Shown here: positions 47,596 to 56,926 of the stretch, piece after piece
How the letters are laid out: each line of letters starts with the position of its first letter
Position numbering within the stretch: position 1 is the first letter of the stretch
Assembly (NCBI GenBank): GCA_965215185.1
Contig: OZ244034.1
Coordinates: 832,001-896,000 of the forward strand
Direction: 5' to 3'
Source: Acidimicrobiia bacterium
Lineage (GTDB): Bacteria; Actinomycetota; Acidimicrobiia; Spongiisociales; ZC4RG35
Length of the DNA stretch: 64,000 nt
The notes under the pieces: generated by a model
Told to the model about the DNA's origin: nothing
The model's database searches: none
What the model saw: only the letters and a program-made list of their open reading frames with translations
Position numbers and translations under genes: made by a program

Positions 47596-48510
47596 CTACT
47601 GGTACTCGAAACTCCAGTCAATGAGAGTTCCCCTCGGGACTTCTGCGATCGCCCAGCCGCTCCAACTCAAATCCCCAGTCAACCTCCTGAGCCCGGAATG
47701 CGGGAGATTTGTGTCGGCGACCCGCACAAGTCTCAACTCTGCACTATTGGAGACTTCCACGCCGGCGCGCCGCAACTCGACCGTACAGTCGTCCCAGTAA
47801 TTCTCAATGATCTGTTCGATTTGGCCTAACTGGGCCAGCAGCTTCATTGCCTGAAACTTGCATTTGAGGTTGGAGCGATTTGCCAGCAGTCCGCCCCCTG
47901 GTGGCGCAATCGCCTTGCCGCCGACCTGTGTGACCACGTTTGCGTTCTTGCGGCGCAGTTCCCTGCTCTGCTCATCGGTGAGGGTGCTTCCTTCCACGCC
48001 GTGCACGATGTACGGTTCCAATGCCTCGGGCCAGTTCGAGTCGATGATGTTGAGGAAGTCGATGTCGATCCAGCCGAAATCGGCGGGATCTCCGCTGTTT
48101 GGGTGGTTCCTCACATCGAGGAAGTAAGCGTCAGAAGGCTGGACGAACACGAACAGCAAGTCGTCTGTGCGTTGCACGTACTGGCCGCTTGGATCGGACT
48201 TGGCTCCGAGGTGGAAATGGTGCACCCCGAAATCGCTTAAAAGCCCGTCTTTGAAGTGAGCATCCGATGCTTTCTTACTCAGGAACTCTGCAAGGTCGCC
48301 CCCCGCTTCGAAACGGCTCCTTATGGCCTCGATTGGAGTCGCATAGCGCCCATCAAGCGTCCCCAGTGTGGCGTGGAACTCAGCCGAACAATGCACACGG
48401 CGCGGGCGCGGCACGATCATCTTGACGAAGCTGTAGAAATATCTCTCCAGCAGATCTACAGGATTTGACGTCCCGGTTCGCGTGTGCCGGATGCCCTGCT
48501 CATCAAACAC
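47596..48510 (-). CDS. hypothetical protein with D.GVHHFHLG...RTDDLLF motif
   Basis: 304-aa open frame with protein-like composition. Confidence 0.7.
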   Translation of the reverse strand: MFDEQGIRHTRTGTSNPVDLLERYFYSFVKMIVPRPRRVHCSAEFHATLGTLDGRYATPIEAIRSRFEAGGDLAEFLSKKASDAHFKDGLLSDFGVHHFHLGAKSDPSGQYVQRTDDLLFVFVQPSDAYFLDVRNHPNSGDPADFGWIDIDFLNIIDSNWPEALEPYIVHGVEGSTLTDEQSRELRRKNANVVTQVGGKAIAPPGGGLLANRSNLKCKFQAMKLLAQLGQIEQIIENYWDDCTVELRRAGVEVSNSAELRLVRVADTNLPHSGLRRLTGDLSWSGWAIAEVPRGTLIDWSFEYQ

Positions 48511-48602
48511 CGCTCGATCCCATCTACCAAATCGCTCACGAAATCGGGGCGGCGTATCAAGGTCACCTTACGGGTTCCGGGGGCATGGTAAAGGCATGGC
48601 CC

Positions 48603-48720
48603 TCAGATATCAAGGTAGCAGCTCCAGTTTTCCATTAGTTGGCGTCGTCGTTCTAGGAGGTCTGTTCTGGCGTAGGCTTTTTCCACAGGATTTCGAATTT
48701 CGTGGCCGAGGGCGCGTTCT
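48603..48720 (-). pseudogene. integrase C-terminal remnant
   Basis: ERALGHEIRNPVEKAYARTDLLERRRQLMENW; highly similar to 63825-63940. Confidence 0.8.
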
Positions 48721-48844
48721 ATTGGGCGATGCGACTGTTGAAGCCATCCGGCAGATCAACAATCGTATCTCGCCTTAGGATGACGTTGCTTTTTGGGATG
48801 TACGACACCCGGGTCACCAACTGGACCAAGGGCATGCACATTGA

Positions 48845-49999
48845 TCACGTTTCCAGGTAGTGAGCCCACTTTTCCATGATCGGTCGTCGTGCTTCGAGGA
48901 GATCGCTTCTGGCATAGGCGCCTTCTACGCCTCCCACGATGTGCGCCAGTGCTGCCTCGGCTATCTCGCGAGGCACTCCCGAGTCTCTACACCAGTCACG
49001 GAAGGATGATCGCATCCCGTGTGGAACGGCTTCGATCCCGTTTTCGCGAACCAGTTTGGAGATCGTTGAGTTGGATAGTGGCTTTCCTGTGGGTGATGGG
49101 AATACCAGCCCCTTTGCGTCTGTGAGGTCGGCAGCATCGTTGATGATGTTCCGTGCCGGCCTGCTTAGAGGTACCCGATGCGGGCGACCGGTTTTGGTTC
49201 GTTCGCCGGGAATCTCCCATGTGTCGGTGGTGAGGTCGATCTCGTCCCATGTGGCGTTTCGGACTTCGCCGCTTCTGGTTGCTGTCAAGGTCAGGATTTT
49301 GAACGCGGCGATGGTCGCCCAATGGGCATTGGACGCTTCGACAGTTTTGATAGCCGCGCTGACGTGGCTGTGGTGCAGGGCTCGCATGTGGTTGCGTCGG
49401 GTGCTGTTTTTGCCTAGCCCGGCGAGAATTGCCGAGCTGGGATCCGACTCCAAGAAACCCTCTGCGATCGCCCATTTCATGATGGCGCCGATTCGCTGTT
49501 GGACTCTTCGGGCTGTTTCGGGTTTGCTGTGCCACATGGGCGACAGGCATTTCATGATGTCTTTGCTGGTGACCTCGTCGACCTGTTTGCGTCCGATGTG
49601 GGGGAACACATAGGTTTGCAGGCTTGATTCCCAGATTTTTCGGCTCCGGCTTCCCGGTCGCCATTTTCCGGAGTGCAGTTCGATCACTTTGGCGGCTGCT
49701 TGTTGGAAGGTCGGTGTTTGGCCTGATCGCGGGTTGTGGCCTTCCTCAACGGACTGGCGGTTCCTCAGGGCCCGTCTTCGGGCTTCGGCCAGTGTGACGG
49801 CGGGATAGCTGCCCAGGCCCAGATTGGTTTCCCGCCCGTTGAGGCGGAGTCGCTGACTCCAGGTCTTCGATAACCGACCCTGGATGTTGGTGGTTTTGAC
49901 CAGTAGACTCAGCCCATGGCCGCCTCTGCCGTCTCCGTATCGTCCTGGTTGCCGGACCGTCTTGACGAAGGAGGCCGACAGAATGTTCGGTCTTTTCAC
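48845..49999 (-). CDS. intact P4-type tyrosine integrase
   Basis: GRYGDG..GL.L.V arm domain, TRSGE, RTK, HGMRSSFR, LAH, AYARS. Confidence 0.93.
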   Translation of the reverse strand: MKRPNILSASFVKTVRQPGRYGDGRGGHGLSLLVKTTNIQGRLSKTWSQRLRLNGRETNLGLGSYPAVTLAEARRRALRNRQSVEEGHNPRSGQTPTFQQAAAKVIELHSGKWRPGSRSRKIWESSLQTYVFPHIGRKQVDEVTSKDIMKCLSPMWHSKPETARRVQQRIGAIMKWAIAEGFLESDPSSAILAGLGKNSTRRNHMRALHHSHVSAAIKTVEASNAHWATIAAFKILTLTATRSGEVRNATWDEIDLTTDTWEIPGERTKTGRPHRVPLSRPARNIINDAADLTDAKGLVFPSPTGKPLSNSTISKLVRENGIEAVPHGMRSSFRDWCRDSGVPREIAEAALAHIVGGVEGAYARSDLLEARRPIMEKWAHYLET

Positions 50000-50479
50000 G
50001 TCTCTGTTTCCAATTGTTTCCTGTTGAGTTATGGGCCCGGTTATCAGTAGTTATCAGTTTAGGGGTGAGCCTCTATGGTCGTCAGTGGAACACCAATGGT
50101 AGGGCTAATCGGTGGCGTGACCTGGGATGATAGGGATCTTATAGGTTTTCCCTGGCATCCCAGATAAAGTGGACGTTGGTTACCCGCACCTCCACTGCAC
50201 CCTCACCCGCCTGGAAACACCGTAGAAGAGCCTTCCCCTGACAGGACGGTGACTGTTTGACGGTCTGCGACTAATGTGCCAGGCGGAATGTCTGAGTGCG
50301 GTAGAATACGTGGGTGCAGATAGCAGCCCGATTTTGCCTGTGTGGAGCAGAACAACCATGGTCCTAGGGGGGACTGGATCCCGCGATCTGCTGTACCGCT
50401 CTTCCAACCAAGGAAGAATGGGGGACAAAATGGGGGACAAATCACTGAATTCCCCTATTAACTAGGGTAAATACACGGG

Positions 50480-51425
50480 CTCATAATCCGTTGGTTGCAG
50501 GTTCGAGTCCTGCCGGGCCCACCCTCATTCACCCTGTTTCATCCTGTTTCCTGATGTTTCACGAAGTGCCACAAGTGCAGGTAGATCATCGTTTCCGCCA
50601 TCGTGTGAGCACTAGGTGACCAGCCCTGCTCGCGTTCCTCGACGTTTCAAGTTGGTTCGGGTTGTTTCGTTTTGTGTGGGACGGCCTGTGGAACGGGATT
50701 GGAGGTGAGGGATGCCGAAACTGACTGCTGCGAGCGTGCGGCACGCCAAGCCAGGATCACACAGTGATGGAAATGGGCTGATTCTGAGGGTCTTTCTAAC
50801 CGGAGGCAAACGGTGGGTGTGAGAGAGGAACCGTACAGGGAAGAAGACGGGACTTTGGCTTTGGCTCTTACCCGACGGTCTCGCTCAAAGAGGCCAGAAC
50901 GAAGGCGTTGGAACATCTCAGGATTGCTCGGTTGGGAGGGATCCCTCCGTTCCCCGGTCTCAGGTTCCGACTCTCCAGCAGGCTGCGGAGAAGGTCTTTC
51001 AACTTCACCGGGCCAAATGGAAGCCAGGAGGCCGATCCGAGGAGCAATGGAGGTCGTCCCTCGCCAACTATGTGTTCCCACGAGTCGGCAACAAACCGGT
51101 CAACAACGTCACCACCCAAGATGTTATGGCCTGCCTGGCTCCTATTTGGTATTCCCGATCCACAACGGCCCGGCGGACCCTCCAGCGGATCTCGGCCATT
51201 ATGCGTTGGAGCATCGCTCAGGGTTACAGGGCGGACAACCCGGCGGACGACCGAATCACAGCCGGTCTGGGTAAGAACACCAAGCGGCCCCAGCACCTCA
51301 AGTCCGTACACCACAGCCGAGTGGCTGCAGCCATTGCCAAGATTCGAGAGTCCACGGCCCATCCGACGATTCGCCTTGCAACCGAATTTGGCATCCTGAC
51401 GGCTACAAGGTCAGGGGAGGCTAGG
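50480..51425 (+). repeat. copy 2 of the direct repeat: att (tRNA 3' half) plus degraded integrase 5' part
   Basis: near-identical to 26746-27692, same TGA frameshift plus extra indels near 50940-51000, ends at CTAG. Confidence 0.95.
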
Positions 51426-51619
51426 AGGCTGCTGAGTAATGGGGTTGGTGGGTGGGGGTGTGGTTTGGTGGTTTAGGGGTTTTGGGGTGGTGGGTTGAAT
51501 TGTTGTGGGTGGTTGGTGGTTTGGGTGGTGGGTTAGGTGAGGTGGATGGCCCAGCCGGTGGGGGTGTGGTGGAGGCCGAGGTTGATAAGTCGGCGTAGGT
51601 TGATAGCGGCAGCGCGGGT
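51425..51619 (-). mobile_element. right-end remnant of a second IS1182-family copy
   Basis: CTAG then GAGGCTGCTGAGTAATGG end; encodes RAAAINLRRL.NLGLHHTPTGWAIH. Confidence 0.85.
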
Positions 51620-51722
51620 TCGGAGGAGAAGGCGGAACTGTGGGCCGCGCTCCGCCGGATCGGTGAGGGACTTGATGTTCCTCGGGCTTCGCTCGCTTAA
51701 CCTGTTCGGGGCCATTGGTTGC

Positions 51723-54700
51723 TTAGTCCAACGTGACACCGATAGCGGGCCAGAAGACGGCCTCGGCCATTATCCGGGTGCCGAGTTGTCGAGCTTTGCG
51801 GGCTTTGCCGGACTGCGAGTCGGGATCGGCGAGGACGAGGAGATCGAGCTTCCTAGTGACGTTGGTATTCACGTCGAGCCTGGCCTCTTCGGCGAGTCGG
51901 TGTGCGCGGTGGCGGGTGATCGGCTCTCCGTTGATCTGGCCGAGGAGTGCACCGCTGAAGCAGACCGACAATCCTGCAAGCGAGTCCGCCGGTTGGAAGG
52001 CTGCGGCGGCATGCGTGTGTTCAGCGCCGGTTATACGACGTTCACGCGAGTCGGGGCTTATGCCCAGCAGGGAGCCGACGAGCTGTAGGTCACGGTTCTC
52101 GAGGTCGGTGATGACCCCATCGGTGAGAGCGGCGTCCAGCACCGCGTTGAAGTACTGCTCGTGGGCGAGCCTGACACGGTCAGCGTCAAGTCCCCACTCG
52201 CTTGCAGTCGCAACTAGCGCCTCTGATTCCCGGTCAGTGAGGCGCCGGTCCTCGAGTGCCCGGTCTAGTAACTCCATATAGGCGGCAGCGTCGGGATCGT
52301 TCGACGGTGCGTTGTCGAGTCGGTCGACGAGTTTAGCGAGGTACTGACCTTGGCGGTCGATTCGTGCTCTGCCCGCTCCTCGTAGTTGCCGTCGTGCTGA
52401 CGGCGCGACTGTGGGAAGTGCTTCGGGCCAGACGAGGGGGACGCAGCCGATCTCATCGAGGGTACGGCAACCACGTTCGACTGCCATCTCCAGGTATGCC
52501 GCGAGGATCCCGGCGGTCGCTCGAGCGTCGGCGAGTGCGTCATGGTCGTCGGAGAGGTCGATACCGAGACGTTCGCAGCAGGCTGCGAGACGTCGGCTCG
52601 TGCCGGGCTGCATGAGCGATCCGAGCGACAGCGTGCATAGCGCAGGGAAGTTGGGAAGTTCAAGGCCGGCGAGGGCAAACTCGGCGGCGAGGAACGAGCG
52701 GTCGAATCGGAAGTTGTGAGCGACTAGCACGGCGTTACGGACGTTTTGAAGGATGTCCCCGACCACATCGGCGAAGCGGGGTGCCCCGACGACATCGCTG
52801 GCGGTGATGCCGTGGATGTGGGTGGCGCCGATGTCTCGGCTCGGGTCAACCAGTGTCGACCATTCGGACAAAACTGTGCCATCACCGCGCATCCGCACGG
52901 TCGCGATCTCAACGATCCGATCACCGAGACGAGGGCTGAACCCGGTCGTTTCGACGTCTAGAACAGCGAACTCGTGATCGAGTAGGTCTCCATGAGCGAG
53001 CCGCAGTCCGGTTGGTTCTGGCGACGGCACCGGGGCGGCCCGTGGCGGTGTCCGAAGGCGTTGTGCGATGGACAAGGCGGACGGCTTGTCCATCGCTGCC
53101 TGTCGGACGAGCTTGTCGTTGGTTGGTGGCGAGAGTGGGAGAGCAACGTCACCCTGATGGAAGTCCGGTGCAACCTTGGCGAAGAGTCTCCAAGCCCCGT
53201 CCACGTCGAGGAGACGGGCGCCTGCTGACTCGCAGGAGAGCGTGTCGTCGAGCACCCAATCCCACTTATCAATTTGCCGGTTTCTTACGGACGCTGCCAG
53301 TTCGTGAGGCGGCGGCGGCTTCTCAGCAAGAAGACGGTGGATTGTCGCTCCAACTTTGTGGATATCAGTGCCGAGTATTTGGATCGCGGGGCCTTCGGCG
53401 CTCGCTTCGATGCCTTCCCCGAGTAGTGCAATTGTTGCTGTGAAAAGGGCGCGGTCGCCGGTCCATGGGAACAGCAGCACGCCAGAGCCGTCAGCGAGAA
53501 CGGTCGTGCTGTGTAGCCCGAATCGGTCGTACGCGCTTCGGGCCTCGGCGAGCAGGATGCGTGCGTTCGCGTCGAGCCACGGCGGGGTGTCGGCGCTTTG
53601 GTAGACGGCGACCATCTCCGTCCGAACGCGATCGGATGTTGCGGCGGGGGAGCCGGCGAAATGTGGGGGGTTGCCGCCGCTGGATCGTTCGAGTTCGACG
53701 ACACGGGCTGAAGTGTCGATCCCGGTGACCTTCCAACGTTTGCCGGCAAAGATCAGTAGCACTCCTTCGTAGAGCGGTTGGTGGATCGGTACCGTGCCGA
53801 GGGTCCTGCCTCCGGTCACGAGCCGCCACTCCTCCGCCGTTTGGAACGCGGTGTAGAAGCTGTAGTGGTTGACGTGACGCTCACCGGCCTCGCCGTGTAG
53901 GAGCAACCCGTCGGAGGCTTGGACTAGCAGGTCGTGGGTGGCCATTGCTCGTAGGAGCCGCACGAACCGTGTGCGGTCGACGAGTTGGAACGGACCCAGT
54001 CCGCACAGCGCGCGGTATAGGTCGGATGCGGTGGCGCCGCCGTGCTGGGCGATCGTAGACATGATCTGTTGGACCAGCGTCGAGTAGTTGAACCCGGGGT
54101 CGTTGGGGGTCTCGAGCCACCTGTCAAGCATGAGGATCACCATGGCGGTGGTCCGCACTACGGCGCAGCGCAGTTCATCGACGGGTCCTGCCCGCTCGTC
54201 GATGTGTTTCTCGCTGATGTACAGACGTAGCACGGCCGGATCGTCGCGACGACCTGATCGCCCCAGTCGCTGACGGAGCGCCGCAACCGAGGGTGGCGGT
54301 CCGACTTGGGCGACGCTTGATACCGACCCGATGTCGATGCCCAACTCGAGCGTTGACGTGCACACCGCGGTCGCTGGCCGCGTGGTGTCTTTCAGTTGCG
54401 CTTCTACGGTCTCGCGCACGTTCTTTGAGAGGTTGCCGTGGTGTGGCCAGAACTCGTTGGGTACTCGTTCGCTCTCGCAGCGGCGGGCGAGCAGGTCGGC
54501 ATATGTCTCGACGTCACGGCGGGCGTTCGCGAACACCAGGTTGTCCTGGCCGCGGAGATACCGGAACAGATGCTTAGCAATTGCTGTCCGATCCCCGGAC
54601 GTTGATTCCTCGTCTGTCTTGTCGCGGGCGGGCTGCTCGGCAACGGGCGCTTCGCTCGAGGATGTCGGCGGCGGAGTCGACACGTAGCCACGAAGTTGCA

Positions 54701-55484
54701 GTTGTATTTCTTGGCCGTCGGATTTCGATTCGACGAGCACGACCCGCTCCGGTTCGGTCGGGCGAAGGAAGGCTGCAGCTTGCTCCATGTCGCCAAGCGT
54801 CGCGGAAAGTCCGATGCGCGGCGGCCGGCGGCGAATTGCGAGTTCCACGCGGCTCATGAGGGACTGCAGTTGGGCGCCCCGTGGTGTGGCGAGGAAGGAG
54901 TGCAGTTCGTCGATCACGATGTACTGCAACGATGCGAACACGCCGGGTACCAGGGTTCCGCGAAGCACGAACATCGCCTCCAGTGACTCCGGTGTGATCA
55001 GCAGGACACCTGACGGCTCCGCGAGCGCTTCGCGCTTTGCCGAACTCGAAACGTCTCCATGCCAGCGATGCACGGCGATGCCCACTCGTTCGCAGAGTTC
55101 TTCGAGGCGCTGATACTGGTCGTTGATTAGCGCTTTCAGCGGCGACAGGTACAACACCTGCACGCCGCGATATGCCTTGGCCTCGGGCTCTGCCCATGGG
55201 TCGTGAACTTCCCAAGGGTCCCGCCAGGCGGGTGTGGTTGCTTCGGCGCTGGTTGCGAGCGTCGAGAGGATGGGCAGGAATGCCGCCTCGGTCTTCCCGG
55301 CGGCGGTTGCCGCTGCGATGATGATGTCGCGGGCACCATCGAGGATTGGGCCGATGGCGCGTTCTTGGGCGTCGTGCAGTGATGTCCACCCCTGGTTGTG
55401 GATCCAACGCTGCATTCGGGGATGAAGGAGCGTGAACGCCGATGATGCAGTCGGATCAGAGGGGGAGGTTGGCGGGGTTGTCAC
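51723..55484 (-). CDS. Shango SngC-like DEAH/Lhr helicase fused to DEDDh exonuclease, TerB-like and BRCT domains
   Basis: TAAGKTEAA, IDELH, TSTLELGIDIG, QRLGRSGRR; then LDVETTG, VAHN..FD, HDALADA; D..IT..E helices; VCFSG..VTRK.DLLV..K..KA..W. Confidence 0.88.
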   Translation of the reverse strand: MTTPPTSPSDPTASSAFTLLHPRMQRWIHNQGWTSLHDAQERAIGPILDGARDIIIAAATAAGKTEAAFLPILSTLATSAEATTPAWRDPWEVHDPWAEPEAKAYRGVQVLYLSPLKALINDQYQRLEELCERVGIAVHRWHGDVSSSAKREALAEPSGVLLITPESLEAMFVLRGTLVPGVFASLQYIVIDELHSFLATPRGAQLQSLMSRVELAIRRRPPRIGLSATLGDMEQAAAFLRPTEPERVVLVESKSDGQEIQLQLRGYVSTPPPTSSSEAPVAEQPARDKTDEESTSGDRTAIAKHLFRYLRGQDNLVFANARRDVETYADLLARRCESERVPNEFWPHHGNLSKNVRETVEAQLKDTTRPATAVCTSTLELGIDIGSVSSVAQVGPPPSVAALRQRLGRSGRRDDPAVLRLYISEKHIDERAGPVDELRCAVVRTTAMVILMLDRWLETPNDPGFNYSTLVQQIMSTIAQHGGATASDLYRALCGLGPFQLVDRTRFVRLLRAMATHDLLVQASDGLLLHGEAGERHVNHYSFYTAFQTAEEWRLVTGGRTLGTVPIHQPLYEGVLLIFAGKRWKVTGIDTSARVVELERSSGGNPPHFAGSPAATSDRVRTEMVAVYQSADTPPWLDANARILLAEARSAYDRFGLHSTTVLADGSGVLLFPWTGDRALFTATIALLGEGIEASAEGPAIQILGTDIHKVGATIHRLLAEKPPPPHELAASVRNRQIDKWDWVLDDTLSCESAGARLLDVDGAWRLFAKVAPDFHQGDVALPLSPPTNDKLVRQAAMDKPSALSIAQRLRTPPRAAPVPSPEPTGLRLAHGDLLDHEFAVLDVETTGFSPRLGDRIVEIATVRMRGDGTVLSEWSTLVDPSRDIGATHIHGITASDVVGAPRFADVVGDILQNVRNAVLVAHNFRFDRSFLAAEFALAGLELPNFPALCTLSLGSLMQPGTSRRLAACCERLGIDLSDDHDALADARATAGILAAYLEMAVERGCRTLDEIGCVPLVWPEALPTVAPSARRQLRGAGRARIDRQGQYLAKLVDRLDNAPSNDPDAAAYMELLDRALEDRRLTDRESEALVATASEWGLDADRVRLAHEQYFNAVLDAALTDGVITDLENRDLQLVGSLLGISPDSRERRITGAEHTHAAAAFQPADSLAGLSVCFSGALLGQINGEPITRHRAHRLAEEARLDVNTNVTRKLDLLVLADPDSQSGKARKARQLGTRIMAEAVFWPAIGVTLD

Positions 55485-55516
55485 CGTCGGGGCCGCCTAT
55501 AAGTGGTTGAGTGGGA

Positions 55517-56926
55517 TCAGAGCCGAAAGCGGGTGAGTTGATCATCAACAGAATGGGGCGGTGATGCACCGGCCCCTGCGGAAGGCGGTCCACTGGTGGG
55601 GGTCGCTCCGGGAGTTGACGGTGCAGCTGCGCCCTCACTGTCGTCGTCGAGCGGTTCGAGATTTGGGTTCGTCTCGAGTCCAATCTCGACGCGGTCGATC
55701 ATGTCGGACCAGCTCACCCCTGGGTTCTGGTCGAGCACGGCGAGGAGGTTCACGAATTCCTTGATGGTGGTGCGCGGCGTGCGGAAGTAGGCGTCACCGA
55801 CTTTTGATGCGCAGTGGTTCATGAACGCGCTCAAGGCCTCGTCCGGGACGAGGTAGGCACTCGGATTGCCACCGGCGAACACGTGGCGGAGTTTCGTGAG
55901 AAGCACGAACATGTCCTCGGGCGACAGGTTGGTGAGGCGTAGCACCGGTCCGGAGTAGTCGACGAGCCCTCCGGTGGCGAACGTGTTCTCGGCGAGACGT
56001 GACTGCAGTGCCGAGTACGAATACAGACCGCGGCGGGGGTCGAGCAGCATGTCGGGGGTTCCGCCGAGCACGAATCCCAGCCCGGCCGCAGTGCCTTGCA
56101 GGCAGTCGTTCAGGATGCGCAATATTTGCTCGTAGTTCGAGTTCCGAGCCTGGGTGTTGGAGAGCTTGTACAGGTTGACCAATTCGTCGAGACAGACGAG
56201 CAGGCCGGAGAACCCGGCGAGACGCACGAACCGCGCGAGCAGTTTGAGATGGTCGTAGAAGCTGCCGTCATCGATGATGGTGCGCACTCCGAGCGCTGCT
56301 CGCGCGTCGGTGCGGGTTGAGTACTCGCCGCGCAACCAGCGCACGACATCGGCTTTGGCCTGCTCGTTGCCTGCGTCGTGGGCACGCCAGTAGGTGGCGA
56401 TGACATCGGCGAAGTCGTAGCCCCCGGTGAGTTCCTGGAGTTCGACCAGTCGTTCGCGGATCACGACCTCTGGGCTGACACCCCTGGAGCGGGCGCTGTT
56501 GAGGCTCGCAGTGATGAACCGCTCTACGACCGACGGCATTGCGCCGCCGTCGGGCCTTGCTCGCGTCGAGAGGTTCCGCATCAGTTCGGCGTACAGGCTG
56601 CGAGCCTGACCGCCGGTTGCCCGCAGGCGCCGGTCGGGCGAGAGGTCTGCGTGAGCGGTCACGAGTTTGCGCTCGAGCGCGATCGAGCGCACGAGGTTCA
56701 GGAAGAACGACTTCCCGGCCCCGTACTCGCCGATGGCGAACCGGATAGCGGAACCGCCATCGGCGATGCGGTCGATGTCCGTGACGAGCGCAGTGACTTC
56801 GTTGGCGCGCCCGACCTGGATGTGCTGTTGGCCGACACGGGGCACGACACCGGCGCGCAACGACTGTATGATGGCGTCGCGGTCACGGGGACGGATGCGG
56901 TCGGTTGCGGCGTTGGGAGACATCAA
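55517..56926 (-). CDS. Shango SngB-like DUF2791 (BrxD-like) ATPase
   Basis: SLRAGVVPR.G, GEYGAGKSF, LDELVNL, YSALQSRL. Confidence 0.88.
   Translation of the reverse strand: MMSPNAATDRIRPRDRDAIIQSLRAGVVPRVGQQHIQVGRANEVTALVTDIDRIADGGSAIRFAIGEYGAGKSFFLNLVRSIALERKLVTAHADLSPDRRLRATGGQARSLYAELMRNLSTRARPDGGAMPSVVERFITASLNSARSRGVSPEVVIRERLVELQELTGGYDFADVIATYWRAHDAGNEQAKADVVRWLRGEYSTRTDARAALGVRTIIDDGSFYDHLKLLARFVRLAGFSGLLVCLDELVNLYKLSNTQARNSNYEQILRILNDCLQGTAAGLGFVLGGTPDMLLDPRRGLYSYSALQSRLAENTFATGGLVDYSGPVLRLTNLSPEDMFVLLTKLRHVFAGGNPSAYLVPDEALSAFMNHCASKVGDAYFRTPRTTIKEFVNLLAVLDQNPGVSWSDMIDRVEIGLETNPNLEPLDDDSEGAAAPSTPGATPTSGPPSAGAGASPPHSVDDQLTRFRL

Larger units (their letters stand above)
26746..50479. 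mobile_element. tRNA-integrated genomic island 1
   Basis: tRNA 3' half (CTCATAATCCG...GGGCCCACC) is repeated at 50480; integrases at both ends; IS-rich defence and surface cargo. Confidence 0.85.

Noticed and set aside
50165-50197. Resemblance to a tmRNA 3' end (CCCGCACCTCCAC)
   Set aside because: Too short and degenerate, with no T-loop consensus; may be chance.
50480-50523. Second tRNA(CAT) gene
   Set aside because: Only the anticodon loop to 3' end is present; the 5' acceptor strand and D-arm are missing, so it is an att copy.
55517-56926. BREX system (BrxD-like ATPase, PglZ-like fragment at 44790)
   Set aside because: No pglX or brxC; the TerB plus helicase context fits Shango, and the phosphatase fragment is tiny and 10 kb away.
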